From assembly GCF_011386835.1 (NCBI RefSeq), contig NC_088813.1, positions 10,106,001 to 10,170,000 on the forward strand: a stretch of DNA of 64,000 bases, given 5' to 3'. Below the pieces are notes generated by a model. The model saw only the letters and a program-made list of their open reading frames with translations, did not search any database and was not told the origin of the DNA. Made by a program: the position numbers and the translations under genes. The DNA is from Chrysemys picta bellii (taxonomy: Eukaryota). Below are positions 36,313 through 47,799 of this stretch, in pieces; the first letter of the stretch is position 1; each line of letters begins with the position of its first letter.

Positions 36313-37784
36313 GAGATCAGATTCAGCGGCCACTCTCACAGGCACCTCCTGAGCATTGAGCTGAGTTTCAAGGGACAGTAACGTTAATCTGGGAATGGGG
36401 ATTTAGTGGGAAAGATACTGTGGACTTGCAGACACCTGGATTTGTGTTTGTATTTCACTTGGGCTCAGGCAACAGCTTGAGCGGTTGAAAATCTCAACTA
36501 AGGCACAAAACATTTAAGAATGTAATTCTTATTTAGCATTTGTTTACAGCAGACATCAGCCCCTGTACATACTGAACTCATAAAGCCAAGTCGTTTCTGA
36601 AGTATGTGTGATGTTACTATTTCACTGCACAGTAACATGAAAAAAGCCTGGCCAATGTCCTTAAAACATTCCATACAAAATAATCCTCTGGGCTGACATT
36701 TTTCCTGGGAAATATTCAGGTCAGAGAAGCACTTATCTGAGAAAGAAGGGGATTGAAACCAGGGCTTTGAACAAAATGGAGTCTTACCGTTTTAAAGGAT
36801 AAAATTGCCATAGAAAGCCTCTGTTACACACACACACACACAAAACCTGATTTTTAGATGTGTTCAGCACTCACTCTGCCTGCCGTGCTCAATGGATTCA
36901 GTGGGTACTCGGCACCTCTGAAAACAGGCCTGCAATACACAACGCATTGGATTAGAGCATGATCCACATTTTGTGAGTCAGGGTCAAATCTCAGCCCCAC
37001 TGAAGTCTATGGGAGCTCTGCCATTGATTTCAGTGAGGCCAGGATTTCACCTTCTCAGTTGATCCATACACAAGGGCCTAATTCCGCAAACTCTAATCAC
37101 GGTGAGCAGTACTGAGAGCGAATGGAATCACTCATATGAGTGATAACAAGTATTGTGGAATCAGGCCCTTATATAGTACCTGTGTGTGTGTATTGTGTGA
37201 CTGGTTAACTAAGTGCCTTGGAATCTTAGAGAAGTAGCCATAAAACATCTATCCCTGTTTCAAACACGGACAGGGCAAGGGCCAGACAGTATTAAAGCTA
37301 AAAGAGTTCACAGAGAGCCACATTTTGCCACCCTTACTCAAATTGAGTAGGCATGTGGAAGAAAATGGGACTACTCTGAGTAATGTTCCACTTAATGTTT
37401 GTTAGGGTGGCGGAATCTAATACCCCTTAGTTAATGTATGAGCTCAAGTGACTAAGACCTCCATTTTAGCTAAATGTTATGAAGGTGTTTGCAGTGATAT
37501 TAAGAACAGGTAGGGCTGGTGAGCTTAAGTCCATTTGTGTAACAGTGAGTGATATTACCTAGATGGTACACGCTATAGAGAAGGAGCTGTAGTGGTTGCA
37601 CAGACCTGCAGATTCTGCAGCTGAGTGTCTGCTTCCTAGACTACTGACTGGTTGCTCCCATTCCTCCATACTAGGTACTGATCTACACAAAGAAAACAGC
37701 CTTTGTACAGAGTTCAGAGGTCAGTGTTTTGTGCGTGGATGTTAGTCTGATTTGTATATAAAGTGCAGTAAATTATTTTTTTTA

Positions 37785-37790
37785 AATAAA
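37785..37790 (+). terminator. Candidate NR0B2 polyadenylation signal
   Basis: AATAAA in an AT-rich context about 1.5 kb after the stop, followed by T/GT-rich sequence. Confidence 0.45.
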
Positions 37791-38193
37791 ATGTATTACA
37801 TTTTGGAAAATGGTGGTTCTGTTTTGGAAAGGGTCTACATTGGTGCATGTTGCATTTTACTGAAACTTAGGAAAGCCTGCCACAGGTTTGAGAACCCAAA
37901 GATGATTTGAATGGGATGAGGCACAGTCTCCAGAAAATCCCCTCAAAAATGCATCCTATCTTGACAGCATTTGTCATCTTAAACTGTAAAACAAAATTAA
38001 TGTTGTACATAAACATTGCTGAGGAAAGGTGTCTGCTTAATAGCCATGGAGACTGAACAGGAACATCACAGGCAGCAGAACTGCAACATTCCCCTACGGC
38101 GCTTCCCTTCACCAGCCGTACCTCAGTCCACCCTGAAGGCATTGGGCCAGATTCAGAAGTGATGTGTAAACGAGACTCCCTGACACTCACGGA

Positions 38194-38540
38194 GGGTGTC
38201 TACATTAGAAATGCTATAGTGATGCAGCTGCAACACTAGACTCCCTTAGCCTGGTCTGCACTTAAAACTTAGGTCGACCTAGTTACTTTGCACAGGATTT
38301 GAAAAACGTTGTGCCCTAAGCACCATAGTTAGCCACGCCTACGTCGGGGTAAGGTCTACCTATGTTGACAGAAGGATTCTTTCTCTTGACCTAGCTCCTG
38401 CCTCTCGGAAAGATGGATTACCTACATGGACTGAAAAACCCTTCCCCTCTATGTAGGAAGCATCTACGCTATGGCGCTACAGACACGCTGCTCCAGTGCG
38501 CTAGCTGTGCCAATGTAGCAGCTGTAGTATAGACATGGCC
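38194..38540. mobile_element. PIF/Harbinger-like MITE(s)
   Basis: GGGTGTCTACATT ... GTATAGACATGGCC termini; internal similarity to 17443..17642. Confidence 0.55.
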
Positions 38541-38948
38541 TGTATACTGTGGGCCAGATTCAGAACTGATGTGGAAGAGTTGGGTGTAAGTGGGTATTAG
38601 TCTCAGGGAGCCTTAGTTGGTGTAACACAATGTGGGTGAGTCTAGAAAAAGGTGTTTGTTGCAACATAGACACACCTCAAAATTTAGCCTCTAGGCACTA
38701 GCGGTGAAAATAAAGTTCAGGCTTCAGGTCCATTCAGTCTTTGGCCTCTCTGCTGAGCTTGCCAATTAACTGGGCCAATTTGTGCCAGTTGTGCTGGTGG
38801 CTTAGTGTTGTGGCCACGTTCCACTGGGAACTGAGATGAGACCCATTAAGTGATTTCACACAGTCCACACCAGTCGTCAGATGGTTGTTTTATTATTATT
38901 TTATTGAGCATGTAAGGAAATGATGAATGCTTGAGTTATAGCATAGGT

Positions 38949-39167
38949 CAGTGGTTTTCAAGCTTTTTTCATTTGCAGACCCCTAAAAAATTTCAAAAGG
39001 AGGTGCAGATCACTTTGGAAACTGTAGACATAGTCTGGAGACGTCCAGGGGTCCATGTACCACAGGTGGAAAGCCACTGTTCTATGGTAATGACACCCTT
39101 TCACGGACCCTTTAGACATGGTCTGCAGACCCCTGAGAGTCCGCAGACCACAAGTTGAAAACCAATG
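38949..39167. mobile_element. hAT/Charlie-like MITE(s)
   Basis: CAGTGGTTTTCAA start; GGAAAGCCACTG and TTGAAAACCAATG inverted ends. Confidence 0.55.
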
Positions 39168-39919
39168 GCATAGGACATAATAAACAATGTCATTACCACA
39201 GAGACACCTGCTAATACAGAGCCCATTTTGTCACAGTTCTAAAAAAGCATCCGCACCCTCTGCTGTGTGTTCACAACAGGGGTTGCCACAAGGCTCCGTT
39301 TCTGGGTTGCTCCCTGTTTTGTCTGGTCATTTTTTCTTTACTTGCAGCTCCCAGTACTGCCAACCTCAAGCTTTTGAAAAAATGAGTCATGACCCCAAAG
39401 TCATGAGATCAGCTTAAATACAAGATTTTAAAATAATCCATTTGGGTCCTTTTTATTGACTTGTTGTGTTTTTAAGCTTTGGGTTGCACCCAGGTCATGC
39501 TGTCAAGCTTTTTTCTGCAACCACAAGGGCTAGTTGCTTTGTTTTTTGTTTGAAGAAAGCTGACAGCCTCACATGACTCCAGGCGCTGGGGCTTTAAGAA
39601 AAACACCAATTACCATGAGTCTTGCGATCAAAATCACCAGTGTTGGAAACACGGTGACTGAGACACACGCACAGATCCTAAAAACACGATGTTCTAGGCC
39701 CCCCGGGCTCCCGTGACGATGTGATGTTCATGTGCTGGGCCGTGCCCTGTCACTGGGTGCCTGGGCAATGCTGGGGCACATTCCTAAAGGGAGGCTGAGG
39801 TCATACCCCTGGGCCATTGGGTCACCCATCTGTGTGGTCACCCTGGCACCCAGCTGTGCCACTGTTGTGACATCATCAATGTGCGCCAGGGGAAATGAAT
39901 CCCTATCCCTGCCCCCTTG

Positions 39920-40450
39920 CCACAGGATGACGTCGCCCCTTCTAGTGACGTCGCCACTCAATCTCGCGAGATGCGTGTCTGCGTCGACCACCCCCGGCGC
40001 TGCTCACGTGACCGCGGCCCAGCGGGTTGAAGATGGCGTCGCCCGCGAGCTCCGAGCCCGGCTGGGGCCCTGCCTGCTACTGCCTGGTGAGCCGCATCCC
40101 GGCCGAGCTCCGCTCCGCCCAGCTCCGCTCCTACTTCAGCCAGTTCGCTGAGGCCGGCGGCTTCCTCTGCTTCCACTACCGGCACCGGCCGGAGCGCAGC
40201 GGGGCCCCGGGGCAGGGCCCGGGCCCGGCCACTTGCTGCTGCCTGGTAGCGGTGCGGCCCGGCCAGGCCCGGCAGCTGGTCCGCATGTACTCGGGCAAGC
40301 GCTGGCTGGATGCCCAGGGCGACGGGCTGCCCGGCCGCTGCGTGATCCGCAGGGTCCGAGTCTCCCCGGACACAGGTACGGGGCGGGGTGACAGAGTGGG
40401 GAGGAGATAGCTTGAAAGGACAGTAGGGACGGGGGGCGTTTAGGGGCGGT
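39920..40450 (+). promoter_or_regulatory. GPATCH3 CpG-island promoter
   Basis: TGACGTCG x2, TCTCGCGAGA, TCACGTGA and AAGATGGCG (YY1-type) overlapping the ATG. Confidence 0.8.
40033..40375 (+). CDS. GPATCH3: G-patch domain protein 3, exon 1
   Basis: MASPASS..LVSRIPAELRSAQLRSYFSQF..FLCFHYRHRPE..MYSGKRWLD..|gtacg. Confidence 0.95.
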
Positions 40451-41398
40451 GTGGGCAGGGAGGGGTTGCTAATGATAGCCGGGGAGAGTCTGTGAAGCAG
40501 TGGCTCGTACTGATGGAAGAGGAAGCAGCTACAAGGTCCCCTCTACCTTCTTACATTCCTTCTCTTCCCCCCCTCCTTCCCCCCGGAAAGTAGTTTACTT
40601 CCTAGGCTTGCAGGAGCCTGGGTGGCTTAGAGGTGGTGGTTTCAATCCCTAGGGGAAATTGTTTATGTAGCCCACTGTTTCTCCCCTCTGAATGGCCAGC
40701 GATCTTCCTTGTGAAGCTCAAGGGGTTCCATCCAGTTCTTTGTTGGTTGGAAGGATGGCGTTCACAACAAAGATATCAGTGGGAAGTAAAATGGGTAGAA
40801 GTAGGACATTAGTTTTGCTGAGCTGCAGCTGCAAAATTCACCCACCTGCCAGGGGCAAAAAGTAGTCTCTACGTAACTTGGTTGGGTTAAGTGTTTTTCT
40901 GGGGGGAAGCACTTCAGGTTTGTTATATGTAAATACAGCTAGCGTGTGTTCTGGCTGCAAAGTATGAAAGCTCATCTGGCAGACGAGCGCTCTGAACTGT
41001 AGATACCTGGTATAATTGGACTTGGCGGTTCCAGAAGTAGATCACTTCACAAAAGCAATTGCACACTTCAAAATATGATATATTGATTATGCCTTGAGTA
41101 GCTGAAGACCAGAAACAACTCTGACTTGCCTGCTGCAGAAAGCAATGCTGCCTTGCTATGGGTATGGACTCATAAAGGCTTGAAACAAATGGCTGATGAA
41201 ATTCTCAGTCAGCATTTTCATAGCTTGATTTTTCAAACTAGAACAGCCCTCTGACATATCATCTCATGCAACTCTTTGGTAAAATCTGTGTCATGGGCTC
41301 CCTTTCTCAGTTTGCCTTCTATCTCAGAGTGGTTTGCTGAAACTGCGCTCTTTATCAAATCTGTGATTCTGTCTCAATCTATTATTTATTTCTCTTAG

Positions 41399-41829
41399 GT
41401 TTGGGCATGTTCCAGTATAAAACTAAAAAGGAGCTTCATAATAAGAGCCAGAGTGAAACGTTTACCCAGGCAGACTTAAAGTGGCTGCCTGAACTGAACC
41501 CCCCTGTGTTTATGCCCCATGGGAATGTGGGAACCCCTCTGAGAGTCTTCCTGGAGCTGATCAAGACCTGCAGGCTGCCTCCCCGAGTTATTAAGAAACT
41601 GCAGCTACGATTCCCCAAGACAGGATCTTCTCGCAGGTATGGGAATGTGCCCTTTAAATATTGGGACACTGAGACTGTTGAACAAGAAGACCTGGTTTAT
41701 ACAGACACAGGGGAGGAGATCACAATGGAAAAGGGACCCCCGGCAAGAACTGGGATGACTCAAACTAGTGACGAGGAAGACTGGGAAGGACCAGGAAAGG
41801 AGGAAGCAGAAGAGTCTCACTCAGATGAT
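41399..41829 (+). CDS. GPATCH3: GPATCH3 exon 2
   Basis: (G)LGMFQYK..LPELNPPVFMPHGNVGTPLRVFLELI..GSSRRYGNVPF..ESHSDD|gtaagt. Confidence 0.95.
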
Positions 41830-42556
41830 GTAAGTGGCTTTCTCCTGTCAACTTGCAAGACTAACCATATACCTGTAAACCACAGGGAGGGAATGCTGCT
41901 GCTCCCTGGGGTGCTGATATCTACCTGTGTAACACTATCATACAGATAGTATCTTGTATCTGAGAATTGCATGATAAAGCATGAATATGCACTTATCTGT
42001 ATATGCTAAGCTCTGGCTATGAGGCTTTTGGTGGTATTTCATGTTGGCTTAGATAGCAAAACTTGTTTGACCATAACCCAAACTGGTTCTCCATGGTAAG
42101 CTGATTATGGGGTGGCAGTGCACTCGTTCTGATGGGCTTGGCATGGAGTTCTGAGCACAGGATCAGGAGGCTGGAACTTTAAACACCCACCTCTGCTTTG
42201 ATGCACCTTGCTGGTTTGCTTCCATTTCCTGAACCATAAAACGGTGTATGAATGGGAATAGGACGGGAAGAGGGAATTAAGTTCTTTCTCCAGCTCTCCT
42301 GGTAATTGACTCTGAAAAGCCTTGCTCAGTGCGGGAATGAGGGGACTAGCACTGATAATGCCAGTGATTGGAAATTGCAGGTGATGTGCCCACAATAGAG
42401 TGCGTTGACCAAAATGCCTCTGTTCTATAAAGAACATATTCAGCAGGGCAACTGGAGTGTGTGTGATCGGATGGAATGATGGCCGCTGGGGAAGGCTGGG
42501 TCTGGGCAAGTACCCTTGCTTTATTGGTGTCAACCCTTTTCCTTGTTCCTTTGCAG

Positions 42557-42731
42557 GATGATGATAGGTGCGAGGAGTGGGAACGACATGAGGCACTGCA
42601 TGAGGATGTAACCAATCAGGAACGCGCAGAGGAGCGGCTGTATGAAGAGGAGATTGAGCTGAAGTGGGAGAAGGGAGGCTCTGGGCTGGTCTTCTACACA
42701 GATGCTCAGTACTGGCAGGAAGAGCAAGGAG
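42557..42731 (+). CDS. GPATCH3: GPATCH3 exon 3
   Basis: DDDRCEEWERHEALHEDV..IELKWEKGGSGLVFYTDAQYWQEEQG. Confidence 0.95.
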
Positions 42732-43136
42732 GTGATATTGCTCATGCTGTCCTGGGAGGAGGGGGGGTGTTTTGTGCACAATAGTTACCTAAGTATGACC
42801 ATCTTTTACCAAGGGCTCAGTTGTGTGAACCTTTGCAAGTTGTCCGATAATCCAGTGTTCTGTGAAAGAATTTGATCACAAATTATAGCAATAAATCTGG
42901 AGAAGCCCTGGGGATGTTTTATAGGAATCAAGTTAGACCAACTTCTAAACAGATTGGAGAGAAGTTGTAATTTGTAGGAAGGACTTCTTCCTTTTATCTG
43001 GTTGGTCATCTACATGGTCAGCAACTGGTCCACAGTACCTCACGTGGAAGATCTTATATTTTAAAGAGTTTATAGGAGCCAGGCACTCAAAGTATCCTTC
43101 AAAAGTCCTGAGTCTTTCAAGTATTCAGTAAACTTA

Positions 43137-43430
43137 GGGTACGTCTATACTTGCCTCCGGGTTCGGCGGTAAGCAATCTATCTTCTGGGATCGACTTATC
43201 GTGTCTTGTCTAGACGCGATAAATCGATCCGGAAGTGCTCGCCGTTGACACCAGTACTCCTGCTCCGCGAGAGGAGTACACAGAGTCGACGGGGGAGCCT
43301 GCCTGCCGCGTATGGACCCGCGGTAAGTACCTTGTAGTTCGAACTAAGATACTTCGACTTCAGCTACGTGAATAACGTAGCTGAAGTTGCGTATCTTAGT
43401 TCGATCTGGGGGGTTAGTGTGGACCAGCCC
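43137..43430. mobile_element. PIF/Harbinger-like MITE with internal hairpin
   Basis: GGGTACGTCTATACT ... AGTGTGGACCAGCCC, TTA on both flanks. Confidence 0.75.
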
Positions 43431-43997
43431 TTAGTGTTGGTGTGTTGAGGCCATGTTGGCAGCCCTGGAGATAGTCTCCAGCATGGATAAAAGCAATACA
43501 GGTTTCTTCCCATCCAAATGTTCTGCTAATGGTCATCCTCGCTGAGCTGGAGGGTGACTGCTCGGGATGAGAGGGTGGCTTGTTTTCAGCGTCCATTCAG
43601 AATTCTTGGTCTGAGATAACTAGCACTCTTGCTGGCAGCGGTGGGTGTTTTTTGGATGTGAACGTGTGTCCCCTGGGACCGTGGCCGAGCGCTAACTCTG
43701 ATTACATAAGCCACAGACAAAGCACTAGGGTGTACCAAGACTTGGGGCTGAATTTTCAGAAGTGGGCCTGGCAGGTATAACCACATAGTGATCGGTGAGC
43801 ACTGTACCATCCCTGAGCAAACTCCTCTGTGGATAGAAGCACTGCGCCCCCGTTTGGAAAACTTACCCCTCAGACACCACAAATCTGGGCTGGATTTGAT
43901 CCAGTGACTGGAGATGAAGCTCATTATGCTATCACCAATCCCCCTGGCAGCTCTTTCTTGAGACCCCCCCCAAATGTTGCATATTAACACAGACACG

Positions 43998-44190
43998 GTG
44001 GGGGAGATAATATTGGACCCACCTCTGTTGGTGAGAGACAAGCTTTGGAGATCTTCCTCAGGTCAGGTATGAAGAAGCTCTTGTGACCCGAACAAGAGCT
44101 CTGTGTCAGCTCCAAAGCTTGTCTCTCACCAACAGAGGTGGGTCCAATAAAAGATATGACCTCATCCACCTTGTCTCTAATCCTCAGATC
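43998..44190. mobile_element. Palindromic Penelope-like element (second family) in GPATCH3 intron 3
   Basis: 40-bp perfect inverted arms 44011-44050 / 44110-44149; related to 27693..27875; outer bounds approximate. Confidence 0.65.
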
Positions 44191-44332
44191 AACAGGGCTA
44201 CAACAACCCTGCATATGGCTATTAACACACTTATTCTACTGTGCTGGATGGAGGGCTATGCCCCTGACAGAAAAGCTGCTCCCATGACACGGATCCTTGA
44301 TCTAATTCCACAAATTGTTTTTCTCTTGACAG

Positions 44333-44392
44333 ACTTTGACGAACAGACGGCAGATGACTGGGATGTGGACATGAGTATCTACTACGACAAAG
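44333..44392 (+). CDS. GPATCH3: GPATCH3 exon 4
   Basis: (D)FDEQTADDWDVDMSIYYDK; 60 bp. Confidence 0.95.
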
Positions 44393-45048
44393 GTATCTGA
44401 GCTGTCTCCCATGTGAACAGGTAGTGGTGACAGCACAACAGCAAGACTCATTGCACTCCCATTGGGGCTGCAGTTAAATTGAGACGTACTCAAAGGTCTA
44501 GCATCTCCAGAACCAGGAATGCAAAGAAGCATGGCTGCCTCTCCACCAGGCTCCTGTAGGGCTCAAGGGATCTGAACGTAAAGTGGAGTTGGGAGCCATA
44601 GCGAGTTCAAATAGGCAGGGACCTTAGAACAGAAGTCTGTGTAGTGTGGCTCTAGTTTGGTAAGAGGGAGATATTTAATGCTTTGTATAAAACCTCCTGT
44701 TTTACCCTCTCTGCTACAGGGATGCAGATGTTAAATCTCATAATGACTTTTCCTCATGCCACTGCCAACTATAACATTCCAAGGCCTTGACTCTGAAGAT
44801 TAGGGTTATAAAGGGACATAGTTAGTCAACAGTTCAGAACTGAAAAGTCTAATACTGTGTCTTATTGAGTGTCCTTAGAAGACAGGATGCTAAACCTTCC
44901 CAGGATTAGCACCTGAGAATATTGAAATAGGAAACTGTAAAACTCTGAGTATAATTGGCCACTTAGCAAGGCATTCTGCTTGGGACAGCCAAACTAGTGA
45001 ACGGGCTTCAGTCCTGTTCTCGTCAGTTTTGGTTTCTGTACTATAGAA

Positions 45049-45680
45049 CAGTGGCTCTCAATCTTTCTAGACTACTGTACCTCTTTCAGAAGTCTGATTT
45101 GTCTTGCGTACCCCCAAGTTTCCCCTCACTTTAAAAATGGCTTGCTTACAAAATCAGACCTAAAAATAGTGTCACAGCCACACTATTACTGGGAAATTGC
45201 TGACTTTCATTTTTAACCATATAATTATAAAATAAATCGATTGGAATATAAATATTGTACTTGCATTTGGTGTATAGCAGTGATTCTCAAACTTTTGTAC
45301 TGGTGACCCCTTCACATACCAAGCCTCTGAGTATGACCCCCCCCCTTATAAATTAAAAACACTTTTTTATATATTTAACACTATTAGAAATGCTGGAGGC
45401 AAAGCAGAGTTTAGGATGGAGGCTGACAGCTCACAACCCCCCATGTAATAACCTCGTGACCCCCTGCGGGGTCCCAACCCCCAGTTTGAGAACCCCTGGT
45501 GTATAGTGTATATAGAGCAATATAAAGTCATTGTATGAAATTTTAGCTTGTACTGACTTTGCTAGTGCTCTTTATGTAGCCTGTTGTAAAACTAGGCAAA
45601 TACCCAGATGAGTTGATGTACCACTTGGAAGACCTCTGTGTATCCCCAGGGGTACACGTACCCCTGGTTGAGCGCCACTG
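45049..45680. mobile_element. hAT/Charlie-like MITE (outer)
   Basis: CAGTGGCTCTCAA...TTGAGCGCCACTG; perfect 8-bp TSD CTATAGAA. Confidence 0.88.
45278..45498. mobile_element. hAT/Charlie-like MITE (nested, inner)
   Basis: CAGTGATTCTCAAAC...GTTTGAGAACCCCTG; perfect 8-bp TSD GTGTATAG. Confidence 0.88.
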
Positions 45681-46020
45681 CTATAGAATGAAGCTGTTGG
45701 GTTTCCAGCATTGCAGGTGAATGCTCCAACTTCAAACAAATGAGATTGTCTTTGAAACCCTTTAATGAAATTCTCTTGTTCAAATCTGACTTTTTAAAAC
45801 CTGCATTTGGAGCCAGGCGCCTTCCTCTCAAGGTGCTGCTTTGTAGCTTGTCTTTTAAAACCAGTTTAAATGAGAAATAAGAGACCAACATAATTGGAAC
45901 ATTCCTGACTTGGCAAAGGAAGCTGCCGGAAGCTACCTTGCTCACTGTGTTCTCTGGGGAAATGGCTGCAATATCCTATTTTTTCCCTTACAAGTTCTGC
46001 TGTGTCATGCTTGTCCTCAG

Positions 46021-46142
46021 ATGGAGGTGATAAGGATGCCCGCGATGCAGTACAGATGCGCTTGGAACAGAGACTCCGGGATGGTTTGGAGGATGGGTCT
46101 GTTTCAGGGCAACAGATTGGGACCTTTGAGAAATATACCAAG
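46021..46142 (+). CDS. GPATCH3: GPATCH3 exon 5
   Basis: (D)GGDKDARDAVQMRLEQRLRDG..IGTFEKYTK. Confidence 0.95.
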
Positions 46143-46548
46143 GTAACGCTAGAACATGTGCTGCTTGTGGTGTCTGGGCTGGAGGCAAGTGAGAGTTGGC
46201 CAGTGGAGGCTTGAAATGACAGAGAAATACAGGACTTGGACTAACTCGCAAACTTTTTTCTCTTCAGGTTGCTTTTCAAAGTTATTTATAAATCCCTGTA
46301 AAAGTGCAGGTATCATGGAGCTGGGTTTAGGTAGGGGCATATTGGGGAGGTTGGGGGCTTTAGAAATGCATGTAACCACTACAGAAGACACTTGGCCAGG
46401 ACTAACTAGCCCTCTTATTAAGGCTCTGCAACAGGGGCTATTGATGAAGCTTGATCCCTTGGTGTGTCACTGACCTCAGTGTAATAACTTGGCCCACTCA
46501 CTCCCAGAATTGATGCTGGTTTACGTGGAGTGGTTTCTTCTCTTCCAG

Positions 46549-46676
46549 GGTATTGGCAGGAAGGTGTTGGAGAGGCAGGGCTGGATGGAGGGGCGAGGTC
46601 TAGGGAGCAGCAACTCTGGAATGGCTGAAGCGTTGGACAATGAGGGTCAGCATCCCAAGTGCAAGAGAGGATTGGG
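46549..46676 (+). CDS. GPATCH3: GPATCH3 exon 6 (G-patch)
   Basis: GIGRKVLERQGWMEGRGLGSSNSGMAEALDNEGQHPKCKRGL(G). Confidence 0.95.
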
Positions 46677-47585
46677 GTAAGTGCTACAAACTCCTGGTGT
46701 TCTTTGCTTGTGCACAGTGCCACTCAAAGGCCCCATACCAAGAGGTAAAATGTAGTAGGTAATTGACAAAAGAACGTTCCTCAGCAGTCAAAATTGGAGG
46801 GATGTCCCAGGGGTTCTGCAGCAGTCACTATAGGCAGCATTGATGTGGGTATTGAGGATACAACTCGTGCCATCTAGAGGTGAATGGAATATGCTTCTGT
46901 CCTCGTGGCTGTGCAGCTCAAGTGAGATCAAGTCCTGAATCTTGGACCCTTATTTTTGCTACTCGGCAGTCCTCCATCAATACATGGATTGTCCGTATTG
47001 GCTCTGGCTTTTGCTTTGTGAACTGTTTCTTTGCTTCCTTATAGGGGAGCTTGACACAAACGTGGCTCATGACATCAATGATGCTGGTGGTGGGGGTGTG
47101 CCGAGTTTTGGAAACTAAACTGCTGCAGCAGAGCCAACAGGGGGTGGTACCTACAGTACTCCTTTGCTTGCAGATCCAGTGAGAGTGGAAACAATTGATC
47201 TGTGTGCAGACCTAGTAAACATTAATTGTTCTGTTTCAGCTTTGAGTCAGCCAGCTCAGGCTTTATGCCTAAACTGCTTCAGATTCTCTGCATCTTCAGA
47301 GCTCCTTGCATTTATAGACCCTTAGATACTTTACAAACATCCCTCTTAACGGCCTGCAAAACAGAGATTCGCTCACTTTGGAGCCATGCTAGTGAAACTA
47401 TACCTAGAGGTCGGTGCCAGTCAGGAACAGGACCTGGGAGCCGTGATTCCTTGTCCCCATGCTCTAACCAGGGGCCTGGCCCTTCCTTTTATTAGCATTT
47501 GGTAAATATGGGCTAGTGTAGAGGGATTTCTCGTGTCCTAAACAACAATGCACTGAAACACTGCTCTCTGCCCACACCTCTCTAG

Positions 47586-47799
47586 GTACCATGGAGAGAA
47601 ACTGCAGACTTTCAGCAAGCCGAAAAAACCTCGCCGGGATGGCCCCATCCTCATCTCCACAATCTACGATGAGCCCCAGCCTGTAGATAGTGGGGACCAG
47701 CTACTGCGGCGCCAGCTGCCCGCTGCCATGAAGTACAGACAGGACATGGCATTTGTCCGAGCGACTCAGAGTGCTCACCAGAGGCCCGGTGCCTCATGA
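47586..47799 (+). CDS. GPATCH3: GPATCH3 exon 7 (last)
   Basis: YHGEKLQ..LISTIYDEP..LLRRQLP..MKYRQDMAFVR..GAS*. Confidence 0.94.

Larger units (their letters stand above)
40033..47799 (+). other. GPATCH3: GPATCH3 gene model, 7 coding exons, 1473 nt, 490 aa
   Basis: join(40033..40375,41399..41829,42557..42731,44333..44392,46021..46142,46549..46676,47586..47799); continuous frame, GT-AG introns. Confidence 0.96.

Noticed and set aside
42105-42779. 224-aa minus-strand ORF
   Set aside because: Antisense to GPATCH3 exon 3 and intron; no recognisable domain or splice context.
44393-46020. GPATCH3 intron 4 starting GTATCT as a possible second U12 intron
   Set aside because: It deviates from RTATCCTT at +6/+8, and I saw no CCTTRAY branch motif near the acceptor; treated as U2-type.
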